Below, in pieces: positions 25,901 to 38,674 of a DNA stretch of 64,000 nt. The position numbers and the translations under genes are program-made. The stretch spans positions 51,173 through 115,172 of the forward strand of contig JAPDFW010000098.1 in assembly GCA_028826165.1 (NCBI GenBank), written 5' to 3'. The first letter of the stretch is position 1; every line of letters begins with the position of its first letter. The stretch comes from Anaeramoeba ignava BMAN. Lineage: Eukaryota; Protista; Anaeramoebae. The notes beneath the pieces are model-generated. The model searched no databases. It had not been told where the DNA came from and saw only the letters and a list, made by a program, of their open reading frames with translations.

Positions 25901-28900
25901 ATGTTTCGATATCAGAAGCTCTTGTACTTGTTCTTTATAAATTGGGTTATTATGATCAACTTATTAGAAAAAGTATCTCAGATTTATTGAAATATTTATC
26001 AATTAAATTGAATAAAAGTGGTCAAAATTTACCTGTTATACTCTCACAATTTTATACAATTCAAGAAAATTATCGAGATTCACAAGTAAATTAAAAAAAT
26101 TAAAATTCATTTTTAAAATTTAAAATTAAAATTAAAATTAAAATTAAAATTAAAATTAAAATTAAAATTAAAATTAAAATTAAAATTAAAATTAAAATTA
26201 AAATTAAATTAAAATTAAAATTTAAATTCATTTTGAAATTTAAAATTAAAATTAAAATTAAAATTTAAATTAATTTTTAATATTAAAATAAAATTAAAAT
26301 TAAAATTCATTTTGAAATTTAAAATTAAAATTAAAATCAAAATCAAAATCAAAATTAAAATTAAAATTAAAATTAAAATTAAAATTAAAATTAAAATTAA
26401 AATTAAATTTAATTATAAAATTAAAATTAATTTTTAAAATAAAATTAAAATTAAAATTAATATAGTTTAAATTAAGTGCACTTCTTGCTTCAAGATATCC
26501 AGAACTTGCTTATAGAATGTTTGGAGAATTTTCTAAAAGATATTGGCAAGTTAATCGACAAATTAAAGTTGATCCAACAAAAATTCATTTAATTGAAGTA
26601 AAATATAAAAAATTAAAGAAAAATAAAAACATTTAATAAATTAAAATTGAAAATTCATTTAGGAAAATAAATCAATTTTACTTCGTTTACTTACTCCTTG
26701 GCTTAAAAAAATGGTTTGTAATAATGAAGATGAAGTAATAGCGAAAAATTTCACTGAAGTTTTAGAATCTTTATTCAAAATCACATCAAGAGATTCAAAT
26801 AAACATTCAATTTTAATTCAAAAAACTTGGGGAGCAATTACATATCATTCTTCTAATTTAGGAATTTGTTTCAGATTTCTTGTTTATAAAGGAATAATTC
26901 TTTCTCAAATTTCTAAAAATGATGTATTTAAAAAAAAATTCAATCCAAATTAATTCAAATTAATTCAAATTAATTTTAATAAAATTTTTTTTTAGTTCCG
27001 TTCTTTTTGGGTTTTTATGAAACAAATTTCAGTCTATATTTATCGCGAATCTGGATCAAAAATTGTTCAATATTTCTTTAAAAAACTTCAACTTTTAACT
27101 CATAAAAAGAAATTTTTACAACAACAGGAACTGTAAAACAAAATTCAAAACAAATTTTCATTTCATTCCATTCCATTTATTTTTAATCAATTTTTCATTG
27201 TACTTTTTTGTTTCTTTTTTTTTTAGTGATCAAAATTTTATTGCAGAAAAATCTCCACAAATTCAGGAAAAAAAATTAGATAATAAACAAAATTTAACAA
27301 ATGGTGAAAAAACAAATAAAAATGATAAAATTATCAAAACTGAAGATGAACAAAATGAAAAAGAAAATGAAAATGAAAAAAATGAAAAAAATGAAAATGA
27401 AAAAGAAAAAAATGAAAATGAAAATGAAAATGAAAAATGAAAATGAGAGTGAAAATGAAAATCAAAAAATAACCGAAAGTAGTGAAAGTGAAGAAATTGA
27501 TATGAATAACCAAAAAAAAGAAGACAATCAAGCATATAAATCAGAAGTTGATGAAGATACAGATATAGATTTGAATTTAGATTTGGATGATAATGATGAA
27601 AATAGTGGAAATGATGAAATATCAATTAAAAACGGAACTGATAAAGAAAATCAAAGTGGAAATGAAATGGAAATTAAACAAGAAAAAGAACAAGATAATA
27701 AATTGGAAGATGAAACAATTGAAGAAAAAGAAAAAGAAAAAGAAAATATTGAACAAATAATTGAGCAAGAAAAAAGAAGAATTGAATGGTTTTATTAAAG
27801 AAGAAATAAAAGAAAAATCAAATGGAGAAAATCAAGAAGAAATCAAAAATGAACCAGAAATTAATAATGAAAAATCAAAAGAAGAAACAATTTCTGAAAA
27901 CTCAAACAAAGAAAATGAAGAACCAAAAGTTAATAAAGAAGAAAATAAACAAGAGAATTTAGAAGATGATAAAAATGAGGAAAAAACAAACAAAGAAATT
28001 AAAGAAGAAAAGCAAAAGCAAGAATCACCTAAAAAACAAGAAGAATCACCTAAAAAACAAGACGAATCACCTAAAAAACAAGAAGAAGAACAAAAAAAAG
28101 AAAATGCACACAAAAAATTGGAAATACAAACAGCACAAATAGTAGAAAACCAACAAGAAAAAAATGTGGACTTATTACATGAACAAAATGAAGTTGGCAA
28201 AAAAAAGCATCCATTTTCCAAAAAGACCCAAAAAAATGCAAATATTGATGAAAGTGATTTGGCACTTGTTATGCTATTTGAAATTATTTCTGAGAAAGAT
28301 CCATTATTTATCAAAAATCTTCCGCTATTATTTCATTCAATATTTTTGAAATTGGATCATTTATCACCACTTATTCAAGAACATTCAAAATTCTTTCTGA
28401 TTCAATTAATTTTACACTTTATTGTGAACAATGAAAAAAATACATCGAAAGTCGATGAGGGATTAGAATTAATTAAAGATATCTCTGAAAAGGATTTGCA
28501 ACCGCTTTTTGAAAATGAAGATATTTCTCAAGAAACACCAAATATAAAAAGCGAAGAGAAAATTTTATTTTATGCAACTCGATTGGTTGATTTATTTGAA
28601 ATTGTAAATCCTTCTATCAAGAAGGAATGGTGTTCAGTTTCTTTTGATTGGGGATTGTGCCTCAAAGAAATACCAACAAATTTATTTGAAATGGCAAACA
28701 TTCATTTGTATTCAAGATCGTTCCAACTTTACAGGATTTTATTAGGAAATGTTACAAATGAAGATATAAAAATGGTGTTTCAATTAATATTCAAAATTTT
28801 AAAAGATCCTGATTTTAAATCTGTTACTTCTTTTGATTCCACTCCCCAAATTTGGTTTGCTATTGAACTTATTAAGACAATTAGAAAAATGACTTCAAAA

Positions 28901-31311
28901 ATCAATTCAATATTGCTATTTCCTGATTTGTTTTGGAATACAGTAATGCTTCTTCAGATTGAGAATTTGGAAATTTTTGAAAATTCATTAGCCTTATTAG
29001 AAGATGTTTTAGATGTTGGTCTTGATGATTTCGATACTATACAAATACTTTGGGAAGCGAAACCAACCAAATGGTAATAAATTTAAAAATTAAAATTCAT
29101 TTATAAATTTAAAATTCATTTATAAAATTAATATATTCAAGGGAAGGAACATTTTTTGGTGTGCAACCATTAGTCCTTGCAGGATTACTTTCTTCATCAT
29201 TGCAAGTCTTAGAAATGACATTTAGAGTATTATTAAAACTTACTTCTGTTGATTCAGATCAAATTGTTGAAAAAGGAAACAAAAGATTATTTACAACTAC
29301 AGTTACATTATTGCCATGGATTTGCAAGTGCTTAAATACTGGACATGAAATTGAACTCACAATTTTATCACAAAAATTATCCCAAGTATCCAAAAAATTT
29401 GGGTTTCTTCAATTATCACAAGTTTTTGAAAAACTTAATAGAAGTCAATTTGAAAGTGATTCAGTTTTCCTTGAAAATATTCGAATTCCTTTTGCAAATG
29501 CTTTTTTCCCCGAATTTATTCCTTCAACAATTAATATATTTCTTAATTTCATTGGAACTGGAAATGAAAATTATCGAAATGAAAACATTAAAACTTTATT
29601 CCATTTGATTCGTGATGTGGATTTATCAGTTTTGAAAAATGAAATGAAATTTGATCACACAACACTTCAATCAACAATATTATTATCAACAGGAATTTAT
29701 TCATCTTTAATCACACAAATATTTGATATATTCACAAAAAACACAAACTTCGAGAACTTTATTTTTAAAGTGGATCAACAAATCGAAAGAGTTCGAACCA
29801 ATTTAACGCCTCAAAGAATTTATTCAAATACAATTTTCAAACAATTTGAAATGGATTCTTTGGAAGAAACAGCACCAAAACTTCAAATCAAAGAGTTTGT
29901 TTCCAATGAAGTTTCTGATCCAACTTTAGAAATTCCTTTAGATATCGAAATTAGTGAGGAAAGTACAAAAGAAGAGGATGGGAATGATTTCAAAAGTGTT
30001 GGTGATTCTTCTTCAGAATTTGAATTTTTAACTTATGATCCAAATATTGAATCTGATTTATTTGATCCAAATGAAAAATCTGATATTCCTACAAATTCTG
30101 AATATTTGAATTTTTCTCATTCTCATTCAGATAATGAATTTCTTTCTGATGACGATATTTCTGATTCTAAATATTCTTTTGATGAAGCAAATAGTTTGAA
30201 AAGAAAGAAAAAATTACAGAAAAAGAGTCGTATGTCTCATACAATTCAAATTAAACCACTTGAAGAAAAAGAAGAAATTAAAAAAGAAGAAAATCAAAAA
30301 AAAGAAATTAAAAAAGAAGAAAATAAAAATGAAAATGAAATTAAAAATGAAATTAAAAAAGATGAAATTAAAAATGAAATTAAAAAAGAAGAAATTAAAA
30401 ATGAAGAAAATAAAAATGAAATTAAAATTGAAGAAAATCAAGAAATTAAAAATGAAATTAAAAATGATGAAATTAAAAATGATGAAATTAAAGAGGAAAA
30501 CTCAAATGAAAATCAAAATCAAATTGAAAATCAGGAAATTTCAAATACAGATGAAATCAAAGAGCAAACTAAAGAGGAAATTAATCAAAATGAAAATGAA
30601 AATCAAAATGGAAATGAAAATCAAAATGGAAATCAAAATCAAAATCAAAATGGAAATGAAAACCAAAATGAAAATCAAAATGGAAATGAAAATCAAAATG
30701 GAAATGAAAACCAAAATGAAAATCAAATGTTCAAAAATGATTTCATATTTTCAAAAGTTGATGAAGAAAAATTTTCATTTATTCATCAAAATTTAGATAA
30801 AAATAAAAGTAAAAGTACAAGCAAAAGTGAAAATGAAAATGAAAATGAAAGTAAAAATAAAAATAAAAGCAAAAGTACAAGCAAAAGTACAAGCAAAAGT
30901 ACAAGCAAAAGTACAAGCAAAAGTACAAGCAAAAGTACAAGCAAAAGTACAAGCAAAAGTACAAGCAAAAGTACAAGCAAAAGTACAAGCAAAAGTACAA
31001 GCAAAAGTACAAGTAAAAGTACAAGTAAAAGTACAAGTAAAAGTGAAAATGAAAATGAAAACCAAATTGAAAATGAAAATGAAAACCAAATTGAAAACCA
31101 AAATGAAAATCAAATTGAAAATGAAAATCAAAATCAAAATCAAAATGAAAATGAAAATCAAAATCAAAATCAAAATGAAAATCAAAATCAAAATCAAAAT
31201 GAAAACCAAAATCAAAATCAAAATGAAAATCAAAATGAAAATCAAAATCAAATTGAAAATGAAAATCAAAATGAAAATCAAAATCAAAATCAAAATCAAA
31301 ATCAAAATTAA
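19944..31311 (+). CDS. FRY: Furry/TAO3/Mor2 cell-morphogenesis HEAT-repeat scaffold (multi-exon)
   Basis: Motifs YIIQSIFTQFT (N-terminus), LPLQTALLC, LIGVRTF, LESVLLVFLSS..VRRYSL, LPLLFH, SRSFQLYRIL, DLFWNTV and QPLVLAGL..TLLPWI match the MOR2-PAG1 N/mid/C regions. More than 15 GT-AG introns. Two +1 homopolymer frameshifts at ~27436 and ~27772. Confidence 0.85.
24476..25073 (+). repeat. FRY intron: (AAATC)n array
   Basis: Pentamer array between the GT and AG. Confidence 0.9.
30871..31038 (+). repeat. Coding 12-bp repeat (AAAAGTACAAGY) x14 encoding (KSTS)n
   Basis: Near-perfect tandem repeat inside the last FRY exon. Confidence 0.92.
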
Positions 31312-31597
31312 AATCAAAATTAAAATTCAAAATGTGAATATAAATCAAATTCAAAATCAAAATGAAAATCAAATTTAAAATGAAAAATTTCAATTCTTTT
31401 TTTTCTTTCATTTACTTTTCATTCTTTTTTTTTTTCTTTTACAAAAAAAAAAGAAAACTTTTAAATAAAAAAAAAGAAGAGAAAAGAATTTGAAATAAAA
31501 AAAAGTTTGATTATTTTGATTTATGAAGAAAAAAAAAGGAATGAATCTAAAAAAAAAAGGAAATAAAATTTTGGAATAAAATTTTGGAATAAAAGAA

Positions 31598-34171
31598 TCA
31601 TTTCAAGTTTGTTATTTTTGCAATATAATCAAAAAGTTGATTAATAGTAATCCAATCACGAATACTTTTTTCAATTCTTTGAAAAGTACTCAAACCATTA
31701 GGAAGATCTTTATCTGGACGATAACGGAATAATTTCCAAGAATTAGCATTTGGATTCCAAGAACATTCAACAATTTTTCCATCAAATAATTTAGAATCAA
31801 TTGAACTATCCAAAAAAAGTTCACCTTTTGGAATTTCTTGATTATTACTTAAAATATAAAGTTTTCCTGTTTTTCCGGATTGATCTTTTGAATAATCAAT
31901 TCTAAACAGAAAATCTGCTGTGTTTAGTTCTGGTGGTTTCCATTTGAGTAGTAATTCAAATCTTCCAGGATAATATCCATAATTTACGGGTGTGAAAATA
32001 AAACCATCTGATTCGTGCTTTAAATTTGGTATGTTTTTTTCATAAATTTGTTCTGTTTTGTGAAGTTCATACATTGCTTTAAAAACTATTTCAAATGGAA
32101 ATTTTGGTTTTCTTTTGTTATTTGGTAAATGATTAATATAATCTACAAATGCTTGAATAACTCCAAGTCGAGATCCAAGATTTTGTTTGATATAGATTTT
32201 TTTGTTATATAAAAGAGAATCAAAAGCATAATAAACGAGTTTCTTTTTTTGATTATTTTTTGAATTATTTTTTGAATTATTTTTGAATGATTTTGATTTT
32301 GATTTTGATTTTGATTTTGATTTTGATTTTGATTTTGATTTTGATTTTGATTTTGATTTTGATTTTGATTTTGATTTTGATTTTGATTTTGATTTTGATT
32401 TTGATTTTGATTTTGATTTTGATTTTGATTTTCATTTTGAATTTCATTTTGATTTTCATTTTCATTTTCAATTTGGTTTTCATTTTCATTTTCATTTTGA
32501 TTTTGATTTTGATTTTGATTTTGATTTTGATTTTGATTTTGATTTTGATTTTGATTTTGATTTTGATTTTGATTTTGATTTTGATTTTCATTTTGATTTT
32601 GATTTTGATTTTCATTTTCATTTCCAAAATCTCTAATTTTTTGCAATTCATCATCTTCTAAAGATACAACTTCTTCAACCATTTCACCATCAAGAAGAAC
32701 ATCAGGAGAATCAACATTAATAGGAACTCTAAGAAAATGAAAATTACGATCACAAATAAAGCAATTATTATTAACAATCAATAGCATAAGCCTCAAACCA
32801 TCAGCTTTCCAAGTGACCCAATAATCAAGTTCTTGAAGTTTTGATTTATTTGAATTATCAAGTGAAACTGGTTGAGATCCTGGAAAACCTCGCAATTCTT
32901 CATGAGAAAACTGCGATTTCACAAATAAATCAATCATAAACTTTCTGTAATAATTTTCTTCATGAGGCGAAATAACTTCTGCGAAATTAATTAAATGAGC
33001 AAATTCATCTTCTTGTTTGAAACTTTTCGAACTTGATTCAACTTGATTTGAAAGTGGATCAGAAAACATCTTTTCTGGAATATCTTGCCGCCAGCTCGGC
33101 GTTTCTGGGAATGTATAAAAAGGATAAAGAGGAACAGAGAACCGATTAAAAAGTTCCATTATATAATTTTTCTTGTAAATTCCAAAAGGTCTTGCAATTG
33201 AGAATCTTCTTAACGCTTCATCCACAGAAATTCTCAGAGCTCTCACAAGAAAGCACACAATCATAAAACCGGTTCGATTGAAACCGTGTGTGCAATGAAC
33301 GCCGATCATGAAGTGTGGTTTTTCATTAAGAAAAGACAAAGATCTTGTGATAAACTCAGTCACATCCTTGTTAGTTGGCGGTTTTTTATGACCTTCGCAA
33401 GCTATCTTGGTATGAAAAATTGGTAAATTTCGCGCGTCGTAAAATCGTCTTGTGTTCGTGAGATCGATTATCAATCCAATCATGTGATTCTGGCTTCTTT
33501 GAAACTCAAGAAACATGTCAGGTGTGAATTTGTATTCGTCTTTAACTACCTCATTATATCTCCGATCCAGTGGGGTTTTAAAGGGTATAAAGGGAGTTCC
33601 TTGAACTTGACTCCCCATTCTTGGACATTTTTCCCATTTATTGGGGATCTTCAGGTACTCCTATATTTTTGTAAAAATGCAATCAAGTTTTTTTTTTTAA
33701 TTTTTTCTTTTTAATTTTTTCTTTTTAATTTTTTCTTTTTAATTTTTTCTTTACATTTTGTTTGTTTATTTCTTTTTCTTCTTTTATTTCCTTATTTTGT
33801 TTTTGATTTATTTTTTCTTCCTTATTATTAATCTTTTTATCCGTTTTATTTTCTTGGATTGATTTTTTTAATTTAATTTCTTTTTGTTTCTCATTTTTTT
33901 CTTTTTTTTGCTCATTTATTTTTTGTTTTTTTGGATTATTATCAATTTGGTTTGTGTTCCAAATCATTTCTTCATGATCAAAACTACTAATTTTCTTGTG
34001 ATTTTCTTTTTCATCAATTTTTTTATGATTTTTTTTTTCTTTTCCTTTTATTTCTTTTTCTTTTTTTATTTCTTTTTCTTTTTCTTTTTCTTTTTTATAA
34101 GTTTGATTTGTTCTTGTTCTTTTAATAAATAAGGAATCTAATTCGTTAGAATTAAGATGTTTTTTTGCCAT
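31598..34171 (-). CDS. RNGTT: Bifunctional mRNA capping enzyme (Cys-phosphatase RNA triphosphatase plus guanylyltransferase)
   Basis: Exon 1 is 34171-33755 and the intron is 33754-33661. Motifs IPNKWEKCP, FIPFKTPL, IDLTNT, VHCTHGFNRTG, KADG, LLDGEM, YYAFD, DGFIF, LLKWKP and RPDKDLPN. One A is missing at ~32282. Confidence 0.96.
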
Positions 34172-34244
34172 TAAATTTAAAAAAAAAAAATGAAAGAAAA
34201 AAAATGAAAATTAAAAAAATTTAATTAAAAATAAAAAAAAATAA

Positions 34245-34766
34245 AAAAAAAGTGGAATTAAGATTATTTAATCCATTTTCAAAATCAAAATCAAAATCAA
34301 AATCAAAATCAAATTCAAAATCAAAATCAAAATCAAAATCAAAATCAAAATCAAAATCAAAATCAAAATCAAAATCAAAATAAATGAAAATGAAAATCAA
34401 AATCAAAATCAAAATCAAATTCAAAATCAAAATGAAAATCAAAATTAAAATCAAAATCAAAATCAAAATCAAAATCAAAATCAAAATCAAAATCAAAATC
34501 AAAATCAAAATCAAAATCAAAATCAAAATCAAAATCAAAATCAAAATCAAATTCAAAATCAAAATCAAATTCAAATTCAAAATCAAAATCAAAATCAAAA
34601 TCAAAATCAAAATCAAAATCAAAATCAAAATCAAAATCAAAATCAAAATCAAAATCAAAATCAAAATCAAAATCAAATTCAAAATCAAAATCAAAATCAA
34701 AATGAAAATCAAAATCAAAATCTAAATCAAAAATCAAATATAAAAAAAGTGGAATTAAGATTATTT
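34245..34766. repeat. Intergenic (AAAATC)n array flanked by a 25-bp direct repeat
   Basis: AAAAAAAGTGGAATTAAGATTATTT occurs at 34245-34269 and 34742-34766. Confidence 0.85.
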
Positions 34767-34879
34767 TTCTTTTTAATAATCAAAAATCAAAATTTAAAAA
34801 GAAAAAATTAATTTTGTAAAAAAAAAATATTTGGAATTAAAAAAATGGGAAAATATTAAGCAAAATTAGTGAATAAAAA

Positions 34880-35997
34880 TTAACCCCAAGTAACTGATAA
34901 AGCATAAGAAATAGAAAGTATATTTCCTGCTTGAAAACAATTATAAAGATTTTCGACAGTTTCATCAAGTGAAGGTGAAAATGATTGTTGAATATAAAAT
35001 AATAAACTTTGATTTTCGTCTAATTTTAATTTACTTCTCCACCATGTACTTAATTGTCCTATTGTCCATTCTTTTTTTATTTGGAATTTCGTTATTTTTG
35101 TTAATGGAACTCCTGCTGTCGGTATAAATTTTACAATAACTTTTTCATATAAATTTAATTATAAATTTAATTATAAATTTAATTATATATTTAATTATAT
35201 ATTTAATTATATATTTAATTATATATTTAATTATTAATTTGTTTATTAATTTAATTATATATTTAATTATAAATTTAATTATAAATTTAATTATAAATTT
35301 AATTATAAATTTAATTATATATATAATTATAAATTTAATTATATATTTAATTATATATTTAATTATTAATTTAATTATAAATTTAATTATAAATTTAATT
35401 ATAAATTTAATTATAAATTTAATTATAAATTTAATTATAAATTTAATTATAAATTTAATTATAAATTTAATTATAAATTTAATTATAAATTTAATTATAA
35501 ATTTAATTATAAATTTAATTATAAATTTAATTATAAATTTAATTATTAATTTAATTATAAATTTAATTATAAATATAATTATAAATTTAATTATAAATTT
35601 AATTATAAATTTAATTATAAATTTAATTATAAATTTAATTATAAATTTAATTATAAATATAATTATAAATATAATTATAAATATAATTATAAATTTAATT
35701 ATAAATTTAATTATAAATTTAATTATAAATTTAATTATAAATTTAATTATAAATATAATTATAAATTTAATTATAAATTTAATTATAAATATAATTATAA
35801 ATTTAATTATAAATTTAATTATAAATTTAATTATAAATTTGTTTATAAATTTAATTATAAATTTAATTATAAATTTGTTTATAAATTTATTTATAAATTT
35901 AATTATAAATTTAATTATAAATTGGATAATATTTTATCATTGATTTACCATTATTTGGATCTTGAACTTTTTTCTTTCTTTGTTTTTGAGTTGACAT
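34880..35997 (-). CDS. ATG12: Autophagy ubiquitin-like protein ATG12
   Basis: Exons 35997-35949 and 35139-34880. Motifs VIVKFIPTAGVP, LLFYIQQSFSPSLDETVENLYNCF and a C-terminal YALSVTWG-stop. Confidence 0.93.
35140..35948. repeat. ATG12 intron: 12-bp (ATAAATTTAATT)n array
   Basis: Direct reading. Confidence 0.92.
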
Positions 35998-36066
35998 TAA
36001 AATAAAAAATAAATGAAAAATGAAAAATGAAAAATGAAAAATTTAAAATTTTTTTTTCAAATAAGT

Positions 36067-38489
36067 TTATTTAATTTGTCTTGCAACAATTTTTTTCCAA
36101 AATAATTGTTTAAAACGATTTGGATGATTTTCTAAAAAATTAAAAATATCTTTAAAAGTAATAACTCTTGGATAAATTTGATAAGAAAAAGGGTTCATTT
36201 GATTTTTTGGATCTAATTCTTTTTTTCTTTCAAAATCCAATAATTTTCTTGAAGGAAAAATATCATCCTAAAATTAAATCAAAAATATTAAATTGAATTG
36301 AATTGAATTGAATTGAATATTAAATTGAATTAAATTGAATATTAAATATTGAATATTGGATTAAATATTAAATATTGAATATTGGATTAAATATTAAATA
36401 TTGAATATTAAATTAAATATTGAATTGAATATTAAATATTGAATTGAATATTAAATTGAATTAAATTGAATATTAAATTAAATATTAAATTGAATATTGA
36501 ATATTGAAATTGAATTGAATTGAATTGAATTAAATTGAATTAAATATTAAATATTAATTGAAAATATTAAAATTGAATATATTGAATATTGAATTGAATA
36601 TTAAATTGAATTGGATATTGAATTAAATTGAATATTAAATATTGAATATTAAATTGAATATTAAATTGAATTGAATATCAAATTGAATATTAAATATTAA
36701 ATCAAATTGAATATTAAATTGAATTGAATATTAAATTAAATATTAAATTAAATATTGAATTGAATTAAATTAAATTGAATATTAAATATTGAATTGAATA
36801 TCAAATTAAATTTAAAATAAAAATACATCTGAAAATCGTGGATCTATTGGTGTTAACAAGCTTCTATTTCCACGAATAGGTTTTTCATAAACTTCAATAA
36901 GTTCTCTTAATTCAAACAATTTTAAATTTTGAGCTGCTCTAAACATTTCTTGTGAAGATTCTGAAGGAGCTTCTCTTTGGATTTGATCTAAGTTTAATTT
37001 ATTCCATTCAAGTTGTTTATTAAGACTGACTAATTTTTTATTTAAATCAGGAATATCAAAATTTGGAATGGAATTTGGATCTGAAAGTACTGTTTTATAA
37101 GCTAAAAGTAAATTTTGTAAATGATGAATTCGCGTGTTTACCAAATCAATATATAATTGATTATTTCCTTGCATTTTTTCAATAAGTCGAGATCGAGCAT
37201 CATGCATTTCTACGATTGAATAATTATTTCCTTCTTCAAGTATTTTTGAATTTTGTTCAATAAAAAAACTCAATTTATTTTGATTTTCATCTAATTTTTT
37301 GGATCTTTTTCCCTTCTTTAACGGTCGATCCCCAATTAATCCGCTTACAATTATATTTGCCTCTTTGAATGTCTGATTCGGATTGTTATATTGGTTCTTC
37401 AAACTTGTTTCTTGTTGTTCTTTTTCTTCTTTGATTTTTTCTGCTTCTAATTGTTCTTTATCATTTTGATTGGAAATTTCATTAAGAATTTCTTTTGCAG
37501 ATCGTGATTCGTTGATATTAAAATAATTCCGAGGAACATTCATTCTAAAATATGAATTTTGCACTAATTCTTGAAGAGTTTTTGTCATATATTTTTCGGT
37601 TGATTTTGAAATTAAAAGTAAAATTTTATCAAAATCTTCAGAAATTTTTAATTTATGATGATCAGTAAATCTTTTAATCACTCTTGATAATGCTTGTAAA
37701 TCAAGAAATATAGGTCTTTCTTTGTAATTTCCTACTATTTGGTTTTGTTTTCTGTAATTTTGTTGTTGATCTTGTTGTTTTTGGTTTTGATGTTGATTTA
37801 ATTGTTTTGATTTTGTTTTCTAACAATTTTTAAATAAATTTGTAAATAAATTAATAGATAAATTTATAAATAAATTTGTAAATAAATTAATAAATAAATT
37901 AATAAATAAATTTAATAAATAAATTTATAAATAAATTTATAAATAAATTTATAAATAAATAAATAAATTAATAAATAAATTAATAAATAAATTAATAAAT
38001 AAATTAATAAATAAATTAATAATAAATTAATAAATATATTTGTAAATAAATTTTATTCATCTACTTGAGCAAGTTGCTTAATTTGTTCAAAAAGATTTGG
38101 TGGAATTTCACTTAAAATTTTTTGATAATCTTGTTTTGAAATTTGATTTTTATTATATTGGACTTTAATTTCCATAATTTTTTCAAAAGCTTGCTGCAAA
38201 GTCATTGGTGAATTTTTTTCTAAATTTTTAATTGAAATTAAATTGAAATTAAATTGAAATTAAATTGAAATTAAATTGAAATTAAATTGAAATTAAATTG
38301 AAATTAAATTTATTTAAATTTAAATTAAATTTAAATTAAATTAAAATTAAATTAAATTTTTTTTGTTTTACTTGTTTCATGAAAATCTTCATTTGTATTT
38401 CTATTATGAGGATGTTTACGATTAGAATCATCACTACTTAAGCTTTCTTGACTTGATTGTTCATTTGGAGAAATATAACCATTAGACAT
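36067..38489 (-). CDS. TAF4: TFIID subunit TAF4-like
   Basis: 4 exons. Histone-fold segment IFLDLQAL..LLLISKSTEKYM..L.ELV..S.FR, then ANIIV..LIG, and a C-terminal RVITFKDIFNFLE. Confidence 0.75.
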
Positions 38490-38674
38490 TTAATGAAGAA
38501 AAAAGAAAATGAAAAAAAATGAAAAAAAAAATGAAAAAAAAAATTATTAAAAATTATTTTCATTTTTTTTCTCTTTTCTTTTATTCTTTTCCTTTCATTT
38601 CCTTTTAAAAAAAAATTTTTTTTGAAATTAAAACAAAAAAAAAAACCGAAAGAAACAAACAAAAAGAATTCAAA

